Below the pieces are notes generated by a model. It saw nothing but the letters and a program-made list of their open reading frames with translations. It was not told the DNA's origin and did no database searches. A stretch of 63,981 bases of DNA, filler included, from Choristocarpus tenellus KU-1152 (taxonomy: Eukaryota; Protista; Phaeophyceae): NCBI GenBank assembly GCA_964200185.2. It is 10 parts of 10 records of this genome, joined end to end, with 100 filler letters (N's around TTAATTAATTAA, not from the genome) between each part and the next. Parts side by side here need not be neighbours in the genome. Positions count along the whole stretch, not along the records: positions 33,790 to 37,610 come from CAXNAD020017730.1; positions 37,711 to 42,128 come from CAXNAD020014648.1; positions 42,229 to 46,126 come from CAXNAD020017277.1; positions 46,227 to 49,467 come from CAXNAD020021321.1; positions 49,568 to 54,466 come from CAXNAD020012613.1; 5 more parts are not named here. One strand, 5' to 3'. Shown here in pieces: positions 37,239-49,624 of the stretch. Position numbers and translations under genes: made by a program. Every line of letters begins with the position of its first letter. Within the stretch, counting starts at the first letter, position 1.

Positions 37239-39399
37239 GTGAGGTGCTGACTGACGTTTGTATGGAAAGGGCTACTGATGAATCCCCCCCCAGAGCTGAT
37301 CTCCAGTTAGCAAAAAATTGTAGGGGGTGGTGTATGGTATGATGTTGGGATAGATGCAGGTGACACTCCAGGCATTTTTTAACACCTGTGGTTAGGGAGT
37401 GCACGTATAAAGTCAGGCGTTCTATTGTGGAGGAGGTCAGGTTTGGGCATAGGTGGAGGGTTACGGATGAGAGCACTTCTTATTGATGTCAAAAACAAAC
37501 CTGCTGTAGTTCAAACACTTGCTCCCTTGCCCTACGCCCCCCCCCCCCCCCAAAGTTTCTGTGGGGGGGGGGGGGGGGGGGGGGGTCCCTTTTGGCCAAA
37601 CCAAGAAAAANNNNNNNNNNNNNNNNNNNNNNNNNNNNNNNNNNNNNNNNNNNNTTAATTAATTAANNNNNNNNNNNNNNNNNNNNNNNNNNNNNNNNNN
37701 NNNNNNNNNNCCCCCCCAACCCCCCCAGATACTTTGTGTCTGAAACACTCTACGGGAGGAAATATGCCATCATTGGACAGTAGGAGGCTAGGAATAAGGG
37801 CAAGGAGTTTACAGGCTCTGGCAGAGTCAGGGAAAAGTCTATAGCGCCTCCAGGGTAACACCGGGTAAGGGCGCTGACTTTGTGTAGAAGGGGCTTATGT
37901 AAGTGCAGGAGAATGTCAGTGTGTGCTGTGTGATGCCTGTTGAAGAAAACCTTGACGGTTTCAATGTCCAAATTTGGTATAGTGTCGAAGTTCAGGCAAC
38001 CAAAGTCATCCAGCAGCATGTTGCTCAAAGTTGTGGCAATGGTGGGGGTGAGAATACCCCACTGATAGCGGGCCTATGAAGGTAGAGGACCCAGGTTTTA
38101 TATGAGGGAAGGAGGCGGGGGGAGCTGTACATCCCTTTCCTTAACAGTGGATACAGTTGGGGGCTGGTTGTGAGGATGATGGTGGGGACGGTTGGGTTTT
38201 TTTTAGGGTGATCCCTGTGTGTTTCGCCTCCTGGAAGGGTGGACGATGGGTGCCAGCCATGACTGCCCAGGGAGTGGGGAGAGATGTCACTATTTCCCAA
38301 CCTAGTACCTGTATGGACCCGTGCCTATTCCACATTCGTCGTACCCCTCCATCAGAGCCCCCTTCCAACCATGTACTATTAATATAGTAATATATAATTA
38401 TTATGCCTTCTAACATTTTGAGATGTATCATTGAAAAAACAGAAGGAAAATCAATATTGTAATCAATTCAACTTTTTTTCTTATCGAGTTCTGAAAACGT
38501 CCTTTTCAGATTAGTTAGCGAATGCAACAATCTGCCTCACTCCCTAAAATAATTGCGTTTAGAAGAAACAGGTTGTTATGTCTACCTACTAAAAGGTGTT
38601 CTGAATTGTGTTTTCAAGGTCGATTCTACCAAATAATATGGAATTATTTTCATCCTGAAAAGAAGAGGGTGTGGGTTGGTTGTGATTAACAATTAGTGTA
38701 GTCAATTTGGGTTTGATCACAATACAACATATTTAGAACCTGGAAATTCCTGGATTCGTTTGAACCCCTTCTTAAATGATTCTATTTTATAACCGTCGTT
38801 ATGACAGTTAGATAAATCCATATCTTACATTAATGTGGCAAATTCCACCCAACAAACAACCGCACCACAATCAGAAACACGTGACAATAGTAGTGGTGGG
38901 AGTGTGGAAGAAGAAGAAAATTGAAAGTTCTATGCACGATCTATGGATATTGACCGTTTAATGAGGAAGAACTTTCCCTCATTCTTATCTACAGAAATTG
39001 AATCTTCCAACAAATTCCGTAGCTAATATACTTACATGTTTTTGGATATTTTAGATCGTTCATATATCACTGTAATAATAACGAAGACTATTTATTACGT
39101 TATTAATTACCCTCCATTCTCCATTCTTCCATAAAATTCCTGACAACCTCTGAAAGAATACTGCCAGTCTTTCTTTTGGAGTCAGTACTGGAGGAACGGA
39201 CAATCATTTGTGAGTTGATTATATTGTATTTGGAGTGGTCTTTGTGTGTGGATCTGTATCCCAACCAAATTGATATTTTATGGATCGAAAAGAACAGAAA
39301 TCCAACCTCCATTATGTCCGGTAGCCATGATCTTTCCCAAACAGCTATGACCACAATGACATGGACAAATCCATAGAACGGAGTGAGGATGCCAAAGTA

Positions 39400-41880
39400 A
39401 TCACTCGTAAGTGAACGCCCCACAGCTCTTGCATACGATGTTCAATCAATCTCGAAACGGTGCAGAGGGAGAGATTGGGGGTCGTCCACGCGTTGGAATT
39501 GGGCGCAAAACTCGAAAGGTCTCGCATGACGACGGGGACGAGGATGATCTTATTCCCTCAAACAGCCATAACGACTCAGCAAGCACCGGAGCTGCTCCAG
39601 TATCTGGGACGCAAGAGAATGACAATCACAAAACACGCCCTCCCACGCCATTGAGGGTTCAGGACAATTCGAGTGCTCGATCTCATCACCACAAGGTTGA
39701 CAAGGTTGATGAGTGGGTTCGATTCAACCTTCTATGTATGACCCCCACACGTCCTCCATCTTCGTCCCTGTCAAAGCTTTCCCCACCTTGGTTTACCTCA
39801 TCCCGTCTTCCCTTCTCTCTTTTCGGTCGCCCATTGAAACCTTCTTCATCAGATACCACCCAAGCACAACCCAATTGAAGAGGTGGTTCACGAAGATGCC
39901 CCAGCACACATGCAGGAAGGTTGTCTTGTGAGGTCAAGACCTGCTTATTTCCACACCCCTGACTACCCCTTTAGTGCAGAACATTTCGATGTGGATGAAG
40001 AGGCCCAGCTGGTGAGAAGCTTTGTGGTTGGATAGTTACTGCGTTGTGTTCCCTGCCAACAGCTAACTTGCGAAAACCCCGAGACAGTGTACTGTAGTTT
40101 TTCTTATCTGATGAGTGGTCTCTGGACATACATTAACTCTGCTACGTCTTCTCGGTACAATTTTTATTTGAAGAATGTTACGACAAATCGAACATATGAA
40201 GGATCGAAAGTTGATAGTACTGTTTCTTCTTCAACTCCTAAGTGTGCCTCCATTTCGACACTCTCGTATCAAGAGCGCCTCTCTTCTGGAAGCTGGGGGA
40301 GAAGTGCCGAAACTATCAGACGCCAATTTCCAAGAAATCTACATTGACAAAAACAGCGACATGGCCAAGTGAGATGAACCTTTATGGTATATTGATTTTT
40401 TGTCCAAGAGATATCGACCACTTGTGATGTTCGAGTTTTGAATTTTTTGGAGCGTCAGTACTTCGTACGTCGAGTTATTCACACACTTTGACATAAACTC
40501 TCACACTTGCAGTCAGTTTGGAATGACTGTGGAACAGATACATACCTCATTCCTTTGGTGTTGTAAAAAACACAAGCTATCTATTAACAACAGATAACTA
40601 TTTCAAGCGTACCTAGCATAATGTGTGCAATTGACGTAGAGGTATCTGTTACATCAACCACATAACATTCTGCTGTACTATTTTTTACGAGTTTGCCATC
40701 CTGCACCGACCTTGCATGTACAAAGTTCCATTTGACGTAATTGAAATGACACGAAAACACCCTACTCTGGTCTTCTATTGCACACTGTGTAGGACGAACC
40801 TATTACAATCACGCAGTACGTGTTCATCATTGTTGATCACTTCTCGATTGATCCTACAAACACGAAAATTTCAACCTCTTCCCGCACAGGGATCTAAGGG
40901 AATGGGACGAAATGTGTGCTCGAAAGCACCTTGCTGCTATTGCCGAAGGCATCGTCTCACATGGAGAGGTGCTTGGGTGCGTGTTAGGCGCCAATGAAAA
41001 AGTCCTCCACAAAATTCAGCTGGTTGGGATCAAAAATGCTCCTGGGACATACACCACCATGAGCCAACACTGCCAGTTGACTTGGACCTCTCACAATCGC
41101 ATTATCCTCACTCAGGCAGGTTATGTCCTATTCTCAGACTGAGCATCTCTTACTTTGTACTGACGAGAGCCTCATCCGACAAGAAAATGCTAAGTATTTT
41201 TTACAAGTATTTTTTTGTCCAGCCATTATTGCTAATTGAATCTCCATGAACAATATCCTCTAATGTTAAGACCCATCTTTCAATAAATATAGTCCATTGT
41301 GTTAGTTACATATATTACAAATCTCCTAATTCCCTAATAAAGCTCCCTTTCTGATTAAGCAACACCTGGGAATGCAGCATCATATCGGGGGGAAAAACAA
41401 GCAACTATCGCCTTTTAGGTAGCCTGATCTATCATTTGCAGTCTCTCGTTGCTTGTCAAATGGCATTCTACATATTTTCTGAGCACATTTTCGAGTCTGA
41501 GTGTCCATGTCCGTGATCGCTACTCATGCTTTTCTTGCATTCATAACTTCCAGGCCACACACGCTGCAAGTGTGGGATTACCACACCTTGGTGTGCTCCA
41601 CATGTGCCTCCCCTGTTGTATTTGCAAATATGCAACTCGGAAATGGGCTTCATACTACGGCACAATTGCTGCACAGGAGGTAGGATCCTCAATATTCTGC
41701 TTCACTGACGACATTGCTGTGCCGTTCATCCTCGGTGTGCCTAGTCCTATTGAACGCCTGAGGAGTGCATTTGGTTTCGGTTCGAATGCATTTTTTTCTG
41801 CAAAATATGTCTTTAACAATGTGGAATCTTGGACTTGTGGACAGATAATATCACTATCATCCAGCAACCATGATAACTGA
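39400..41880 (+). pseudogene. Decayed orphan coding region with Cys-rich (Zn-finger-like) segments
   Basis: Chain of overlapping plus-strand ORF fragments (39411, 39713, 40175, 40716, 40912, 41449). Includes FYCTLC and RDRYSCxxC-x22-CxxC. Confidence 0.4.
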
Positions 41881-44800
41881 CAGGGGACAGAACTAACACA
41901 CTATGCTAAAGTATAGGCCTTGTCCTCTGACCTATCAGGTGGTGCAAATCTTTGTGGTGCAGACATTGAAGACAAGATACGATACTACTCCGTGTAATTG
42001 TGATCCATGTAAGTGTGTCGGTGCAAGTAGTGAAATAGATGAATCCTGTGCCAGCAAGAGAATAAGCGGTAGAAATATTTGTTTGTGAGTATTGATCCAC
42101 ACAATCGGGTCAAAGTATCTTGGGGGGGNNNNNNNNNNNNNNNNNNNNNNNNNNNNNNNNNNNNNNNNNNNNTTAATTAATTAANNNNNNNNNNNNNNNN
42201 NNNNNNNNNNNNNNNNNNNNNNNNNNNNCACCCTGGTGTAGACCCCCCTCCCCTCCCAGATAATTTGGGTCTATTGTCCTATTTTGCACAAAGGCCGAGA
42301 TGTGGAATGATAAGCATTCCTAGCCCTTCAACCTATGGTACATATTGACTGACACTTATCAAAACCATACAGGTTGGTGGGAAGAAGAAGGGATGTGATT
42401 TCAAACATGTCGATGGCGGGAAGTAAGAGTTTTTTTGTTAGAAATAATTGAACCTTGGCTGATCTATTAGCTTTGGACCTTAGGGATATCTTCCTATGAC
42501 CAACTTCGATACAGTTTGTTTGGGATGGGCTTACCATGTTCATAGTGTTCTCAGGCGTGTATAGATCGTAAAGAAGCAACAGTGTTGTCATACCCCACTA
42601 GTTGTCGGGGGACGTTGGACCTCTGTGTGCAAGATAGAAGAATAGGGGTCTGTACGTTGCGTTCAGCAGCTTTTATTTTGCTTGGGCTTCTGTTTCTGAT
42701 TTTGGTAACCGTCACACGCTCATATTCTGCTTATTAGGTACGTAATGTCAATACTGGACCTTGTTCGTACATCTGTTTATCGGTACATAATTGGTGAATT
42801 CGGTGTCCCTGTTGTCAACGAGTGCCCTGATATATTCGTCAATGCTTGGGGGGAAAGCTAGTTCAATACTTGGGGTTCACATTTGCATTTTGACATTGCC
42901 AGAGCGCAATTGATGCACGCAGATACTCGCAGATACATGAAATATATATAAATATGGTGTACTAGGGGGGAACACTTTGTTCACCTCAACAACAATTTTT
43001 CCTCTGCCGCAAAGGGAGCTCAATCACCCGTTACACTATGCAGTGCCTCTCCAACAATCGTCCTCATCTCGGAAGTATTTCGGGGTATATCAAACTTCTT
43101 CCGATCGCTTCATTTACTTTCTACACCAAAGGTTAACGAGGGGTAACCCGTTTTTGGCAGTTTTGTGTTACAAACCGCTCTTGATATACTCTTCACCCAT
43201 CGCACCCACATTCTAGAATAATACCCCAGGTTTGACCTTGGAGGGTAGATTTACACATTATTTTTACCTTTCAATTACTGTTCCATAAATTTGACATGTA
43301 TGTTTCTCAAAAACACAGAATTTTGAAACAAGCTTACCTCCATCCCTTTGCAGCTCAGGATACCTCCCGTATACCTTAAGCCTCTGTAACACCATACTCG
43401 CCTTTGTATATAAAATATTCTGCATACCTCTATGAAAAGGTCGTTTCGGGACTATATTCTTCATACTTCAATCAACGAAACTGTTCATTCACTTTAAGTA
43501 TAAATTAACTAAAGACAAAAATCAATGACCATGTGTTTTTCCATACTTCCTGAGCACAAGAGTACGAAGGTAGGTACGCTCAGGTCTATAAAATCTCAAA
43601 TCCACCCGACACACACACAAATCGTCCAAAACTCACAACACGGCAAAAAGAGCTCCAAATGAACAGCCTCCATCCCCTGCAAGACACTTTGTCTTTCATA
43701 ATACTATGTGTTGCCACATTGCGCTCCAAGCAGAATCAGCAGTGCAAGGACAACTTTAACATTTGTGGTGCTTGATGGTCCTCTGAGCGATATTGGTGGC
43801 CTTCCTTGAGCTCTACTTGGAAAAAAGTGATACGCAACCATCAGAAGAAAATGTCAAACCTCCATACGAAGGTGAAGAGACTCCATCCATTTGGTTAATC
43901 CTCAACATCTTCGATACCACTGCAAATTAACTATAAATCAACAAACCTTCTCCTGTTAGAAAAAAAAGAAGCAAAAGTTTAGCATTAGACAAAGGTCAGT
44001 CAGGACCAGCACCATTAAACAAAGCCAATGCTTCTAAACATCACAAATGCATTACAAATTGTTTAACTTTGTATCTCTGTTGACTCAGCAACACATATTT
44101 ATACAAGAGCATGATGCAAGGAATAAGCGTAGTATATTTCCGGTGCCACTGGTATAGTAACTGCAGTTCGCACATCAAGCATTGTACACGCCAAGCAGAG
44201 CAAATGTCCAGTAGAAAGAACAACCAACAGACAGCTCATCCAGAGTGATAACAATTTGTGCCCCCATCCCTACCCCTCCACATCCCCTCAATTCTCCCTG
44301 CTGCTGTCTTTGTCCAACCTAGCATGGTGCTGTTAGCCTTCTTCTGTCAGGTTATCTCCCACAGAGAACTTACACAGCACAATGTGCGGCTACTGAGAAA
44401 CACTGATCAGATTTTACCTTGCCCAGAACTCTTGGGATCTTACTCAGGTGTCCAACAAAATCATGCTTGACCTTGAATACACTGAAGGTCCGAAGACCTT
44501 CCTTCTTGTAGATGGAAAGAAAAGCAACTGAACGCGAAACCCAACAAACCCTCTCTAGAAATATGTTTTGAGTTCCCAACATACTGAATGCATATGGCAT
44601 TAACTACAGCAAGCTTTAAATGGTCAAAAGAACATAACTGTCAGTGGAGACGTTATTGTACTCCATATCATAGGTGGAGTGCCAATTCTACAAATCTAGA
44701 ACTCAACTCACAAAGCAGGTATGTACGAACTACCAAGTTTTATGTTGTCCTAAATACACGGTGCTGTACATACTCCAGAGTACATGAAGAACATCAGAGT

Positions 44801-46021
44801 ATATACCAGAACAAGCAATACTTATGTTTTCCGTGTTTTTGCTTACACTGACATGCATGGTTCCGGACTTTTCTTTCATTCACTTTTATCAACAACAGCA
44901 TAGCCATGCCATTCAAACTATTTGTGTAAGTAGAAGAGGAAGATGGTAGAGAGAGTTGAGAAGGGGAGAGGAAAACAAGCATACATCACAATCTATGTGC
45001 CAGGGCATTCTCCCTTCAATTTCCTTGCATGTGCCTTCCTCACTTTTGACTGTACCACTGTACTACTAACATTATGTGATGGAGAGTAACTCCTCCCTTC
45101 GAAAGGTGGTGCGAAGTTGGTTGGTACTAGGCATCATAGACCTTTGCCCTGTACAGTCACACAACATGCTTGAGCTACCATACTGTCTTGTTTTCGAATG
45201 CTGCATAATAGACATCAATTCCTGTGAGTGCAACAATAAGAGACCGACATGTCTTCGAAACGACCATAGTATCATGTGTTACAGTCGAATCTAGAACAAA
45301 CAACATAATATCTAAAATATATTACTTCCATCGAGGCTGCGTATGGCATCCCAAGCCACCCTCATTCAGCTGTGATGTTGTTGCCAATAAAACACCTGAG
45401 TTGTCATGGGATTGAACAGGGGATTGCCAGTGGTGTAGATCAGCTTCCAACATTTTTTTTCATGTTTGGATTTTCAGAAGTGAAGTGTACACAGTTTCTA
45501 CCTTTTCTCTGCACTCTTCAGGTGAGAGTCGCTTTTGATTTTCGATATATACTATGGACTTCGGTTCAAAAGGTATATTCAGATATAGGGAGAAATGTCA
45601 ACAAATGCACAGACTCACGGACATAAATTTCCCCCACCACATGCACACACACACACACGTACATACAAGCACACAATTTGACGATCCGGATCCCTACCTT
45701 GAGCAAAATTATGTACATACAAGGTGAAAAGGAGTGACTGTGGGATGCCGATGACTCTGTGCTACTTGAATACAATGTTTGAATCACCTTGAGTGCATAT
45801 TCTGTCCTCTGTGGTATTGACAGGATATGCCTTACGTTTCATTTTCTTCTACAAGGATTTTGTCCTTCTGCCAAACTGCACTGAATGTGCACAAAACTAG
45901 AAGAGTGTAGAGGTTGTATTCCACACAATCAACAAAAGCGTGTGTCTGATGCTTTTCCCCCTCTATTGTTGTTACTAAGGCTGTCCTGGCTTGCACAGCC
46001 TAAAACGCTTACAATGATTCA

Positions 46022-46126
46022 GAGTGAAAGTATCTTAGAGGGTACAAGTTTTGCCCTGTTTGTCTGCTTGAGGCTTGGCTTTCAGCTCAAATTATCTGGG
46101 GGGGGGGGGTGGCGGCTGTCCATTTG
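46022..46126 (+). mobile_element. MITE family A left part interrupted by a family B end, truncated by gap
   Basis: GAGTGAAAGTATCTTAGAGGGTACAAG... then GCTCAAATTATCT-polyG-TGGCGGCTGTCCATTTG. Orphan family A right ends occur at 46227-46265 and 49568-49622. Confidence 0.8.
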
Positions 46127-46308
46127 NNNNNNNNNNNNNNNNNNNNNNNNNNNNNNNNNNNNNNNNNNNNTTAATTAATTAANNNNNNNNNNNNNNNNNN
46201 NNNNNNNNNNNNNNNNNNNNNNNNNNCAAATGGACGCAGCTCTACCGTCTAAGATACTTTGGCTCATTGTTCTCGTTCATGTCCTTCATGGCCATTCTCT
46301 TTTTGCAG

Positions 46309-49060
46309 GTACAAGACATTCAACGGGAAGGTTCCTATGGCGAGGGACTACAAGGACATCAAATCGGACACACACATGTCTGAGATGCTTGTCTTGCGCA
46401 CCAGGCAGATTGTACCCAAGGAGAAGTGGGCACCAGAGCTCCAGAGGTTGGTAAATGGTACAGTTGCAGCGGTTATCTTTTTTTGCCTTTTCCGTATCTC
46501 CTGTGCACCCATACGTCGCCATACGCCCCTCAATCGTAAAGTATGCTGTCAGCGTCTTTTTCGGCACCGCACTGATTGATAGTTGCAAAACTGCTCTGAA
46601 TTTCGGACGTTACGTGAATGATGCACGGGCTGCAAGGGAAATGGACAGGCTCGCATATGAGAAGTGCAATATGCAAGAGGTCTGGGTCAAGCCCTACCAC
46701 GAGGAGAGGAAGAGGGAGGTGGCCCAACTTCTGCAGAAGGTTTCATCTGGCGACCAACAAGCAGAGCCCGTCCGGCAGCTGAGGGCAAACATCTTGACGG
46801 TAGTCGGAATGAAACCTCTGCAACGGGTCAGAGCAGTGAGTGTACCTCCTGTGTTCGTAATTACATTTGTGCCGGCTTGTACAAAACCAATTAGTTGATG
46901 GTTGGTAGGATTGGTGGTGGGTCTTCGTCATCATCATGAGCAACAGAGTTGCCTTCTCTACAACAAACGATGCTGTTTTGTCAGATCTAGTCTTTCGTTG
47001 CTACTAGCGGGAATAGCCAATCGTTTCCTTCAACTTTAGGCAATGATCTTGGCCAATCTCCACCTCGTTTCTGCCTCCAACACGTGTCACTGTCGTAACA
47101 TACAGACAGACTGGCGTCCTCGACATTGACTTCTTTCAAACTATTTCGCCCCGCAAGCTGCCTCCATTAAACACGTTCACTACGTCAACCGTATTGTTTG
47201 CTCTTTTCGATTGACATGCTATCGTTCTTCCATTACACTCTCCGATTTTTGACGTCACTATCGTCCCCTCCTCTCCTCAACAACGTCCTCTGCCGTGCCC
47301 ACCACCAGATTCTCGAGAAGGACTCGACTCTACGCGCTTACCTCACCACCTGGGAAGGGAAATACCAGGATGTCCTCAACCAGGTCAACCTCCACCAGGT
47401 TCACAGTGGGCGGGGCTGTGATGGCGGCGGCGCAGACGTCGAGAGCAACAACGGATCGGCATCAGATGGCCGTGAGAAACAACATGAGGGAGGGTGCGAA
47501 CACAAAGGAAGGGACGAAGACGAGGGAGAGGACGGACTGCCAGACAGGGAGGATACAGGCGAAGGGGGTTCTGTCGGCAGTGTTCCTGGTGCAAGAGAAG
47601 AACAAACGGCCGTGGAGGGTGGAACACGGGCGTTTGCTGTACTGAATGCAATCCTCCACCTACATCTCGGAGAGTAATGTAGTTGTAACGGTGCACACGG
47701 CGATAGCGGGTAATTAATGGCGTAATATTGGTTTCCATCCAATCCCCCGAACGGCTAACTAGGTCGTCTCTTTTCAGCGGTGCACGCCATTGAACCTGTG
47801 GATCTTGCGGGGTCCCTCTATGTGTGGTGCTGCGGTCGCTACCCCCACGTCTCTTTATTTGCCACAGCCCGATTGTTTCTTAATGGATGTACATCACCGA
47901 CTGTTGTATCTCACCTGTACTACTTCGTACTGTTTTGCACCGCCAATTTCGTGGTCCTTTGTAACCGTGGATCCCTGCGTTGCATTGTTGCGCCCGATTA
48001 ATGATTTGGAAAAATACTATCCTGTCTGTTTGACGCTCTCGTTCGATGCCACGCGCGACAGGTATTCATGCCCAAAGTGCTCCATCACACACATGGGCAA
48101 ATATGCCTACGTGGAGATTGTAGGCCACGAGAGGCACAAGGATCGATTATGTATCAATTGCCCAATGGCACAGGAGGGCAGTGAAGGTCTGGATCGGTGG
48201 GGAACGAAGCGGCGGGTTGGGGCAGGGGCAAGGGCAAGGGTAAGGGTCACGCAAGAAGTGCGGGCAGGTCACCCACCAGGCAAAGCCTTTTACGTCCCCC
48301 CTCATGCAGCAAAACGGCGGACATGGAGAAGTGCATGTGTGTCTCGGCGTGGTTGCACATTATACGGACATACAAGTCGTATCTGCGTGTTCGGTTTTGC
48401 GTTGCTTTGCTCATGGGTCTTGGCTGCTTGTAGATCATGTAGATTGCTCGTTCTTTGTGTGTTGGATGTGACGTTTTTTTGGAGGTTTCCATGGGCCATG
48501 GAACTTAATGTTTTGACGCCTACCCTCCATCCACGAGATGTATCTGATCGCGTTGTGGAGGGTACGGCTTGACATTTTGGGAATGCCGTGGAAATATTGT
48601 CAGGACCTCACTTATTGATATGATTGCCTGCACCGTTGCTTACGACGCTGTTCTTCTTGTCGTGCTGTCTGTGTACTGTGTCGTGTGTCATGATGTCCAA
48701 CCAGGACTGAGAACACTGCACTACACGACCTTCGCCCTCTCGACCCTATGATACCCTTAGACCGCCTGAAAGAGTTCGCCATAGTGTCCATTCCCGCCGA
48801 GCCAAGACTCGTCAACGACGAAGAGGCGACCAACACACACTTGCGCCAGGTGGTTAAGTTGCAGGTGAAGATACATCCTCAGGGCACCATCGTGCTATTT
48901 GTGCCCCACCCATGGGCCGTGCGAGCACACCACCTAAACGGTGAGTTGCAGAGTTCGCCGGTGCTGAAATACGGGGTGTATTGCTGGAGACTATTTCAAT
49001 CCGCCATGGCCGTTATCAGTCTGCCCGTGTGCCCATCGAATATTGTGCGGCCGTTCAGAA
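46309..49060 (+). pseudogene. Orphan coding-like region (fragmented ORFs, one Zn-finger-like)
   Basis: Plus-strand ORFs 46259, 46455, 47198, 47790 (260 aa; RDRYSCPKC-x23-CINC) and 48748. CpG-rich compared with the host-gene contigs. No family recognised. Confidence 0.4.
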
Positions 49061-49624
49061 GATGCGGATTACGTCGTGTGTCTTTCTTTTTAGCTTTCCT
49101 CATGTTGTTTCATGTTCTTCGTACCTTCTATACCCTGTTGTGTCTCTTGCTCTTTCCCCCAAGGTCCTTCGTAGTTCTTTGTTTCATTGTCCGCGAATCG
49201 CATGCTGGTGTTACTTGTCTTCACTACATTATTTTTGCCGTCTTTCCTTTTATTACAGAATTTCCAATTGTTTGCATTTTTTGCATTTGTTATTTGCCTT
49301 GCGTTCCACACTCACTGTACTATTATAATGTTAGTGGTATGCAATTTCATGAATCCCAACGATAACTACTTGTGTGATGTCACTGTCAAGTTTGATGCAT
49401 GCGCTTGCTCCCGCCTTCTCTTCATTCAGGGGCTCTTATGGCGTCGAAGGTGGGCTTGGTTGTGGAGNNNNNNNNNNNNNNNNNNNNNNNNNNNNNNNNN
49501 NNNNNNNNNNNTTAATTAATTAANNNNNNNNNNNNNNNNNNNNNNNNNNNNNNNNNNNNNNNNNNNNATTGGATTTTGGCCCACAAATGGACGCGGCGCT
49601 ACCCTCTAAGATACTTTGGCTCAG

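Noticed and set aside
46022-46265. A single family A MITE spanning the linker
   Set aside because: The flanks (TTCA versus ATTG) show no TSD, so the two halves cannot be assumed to be one copy.
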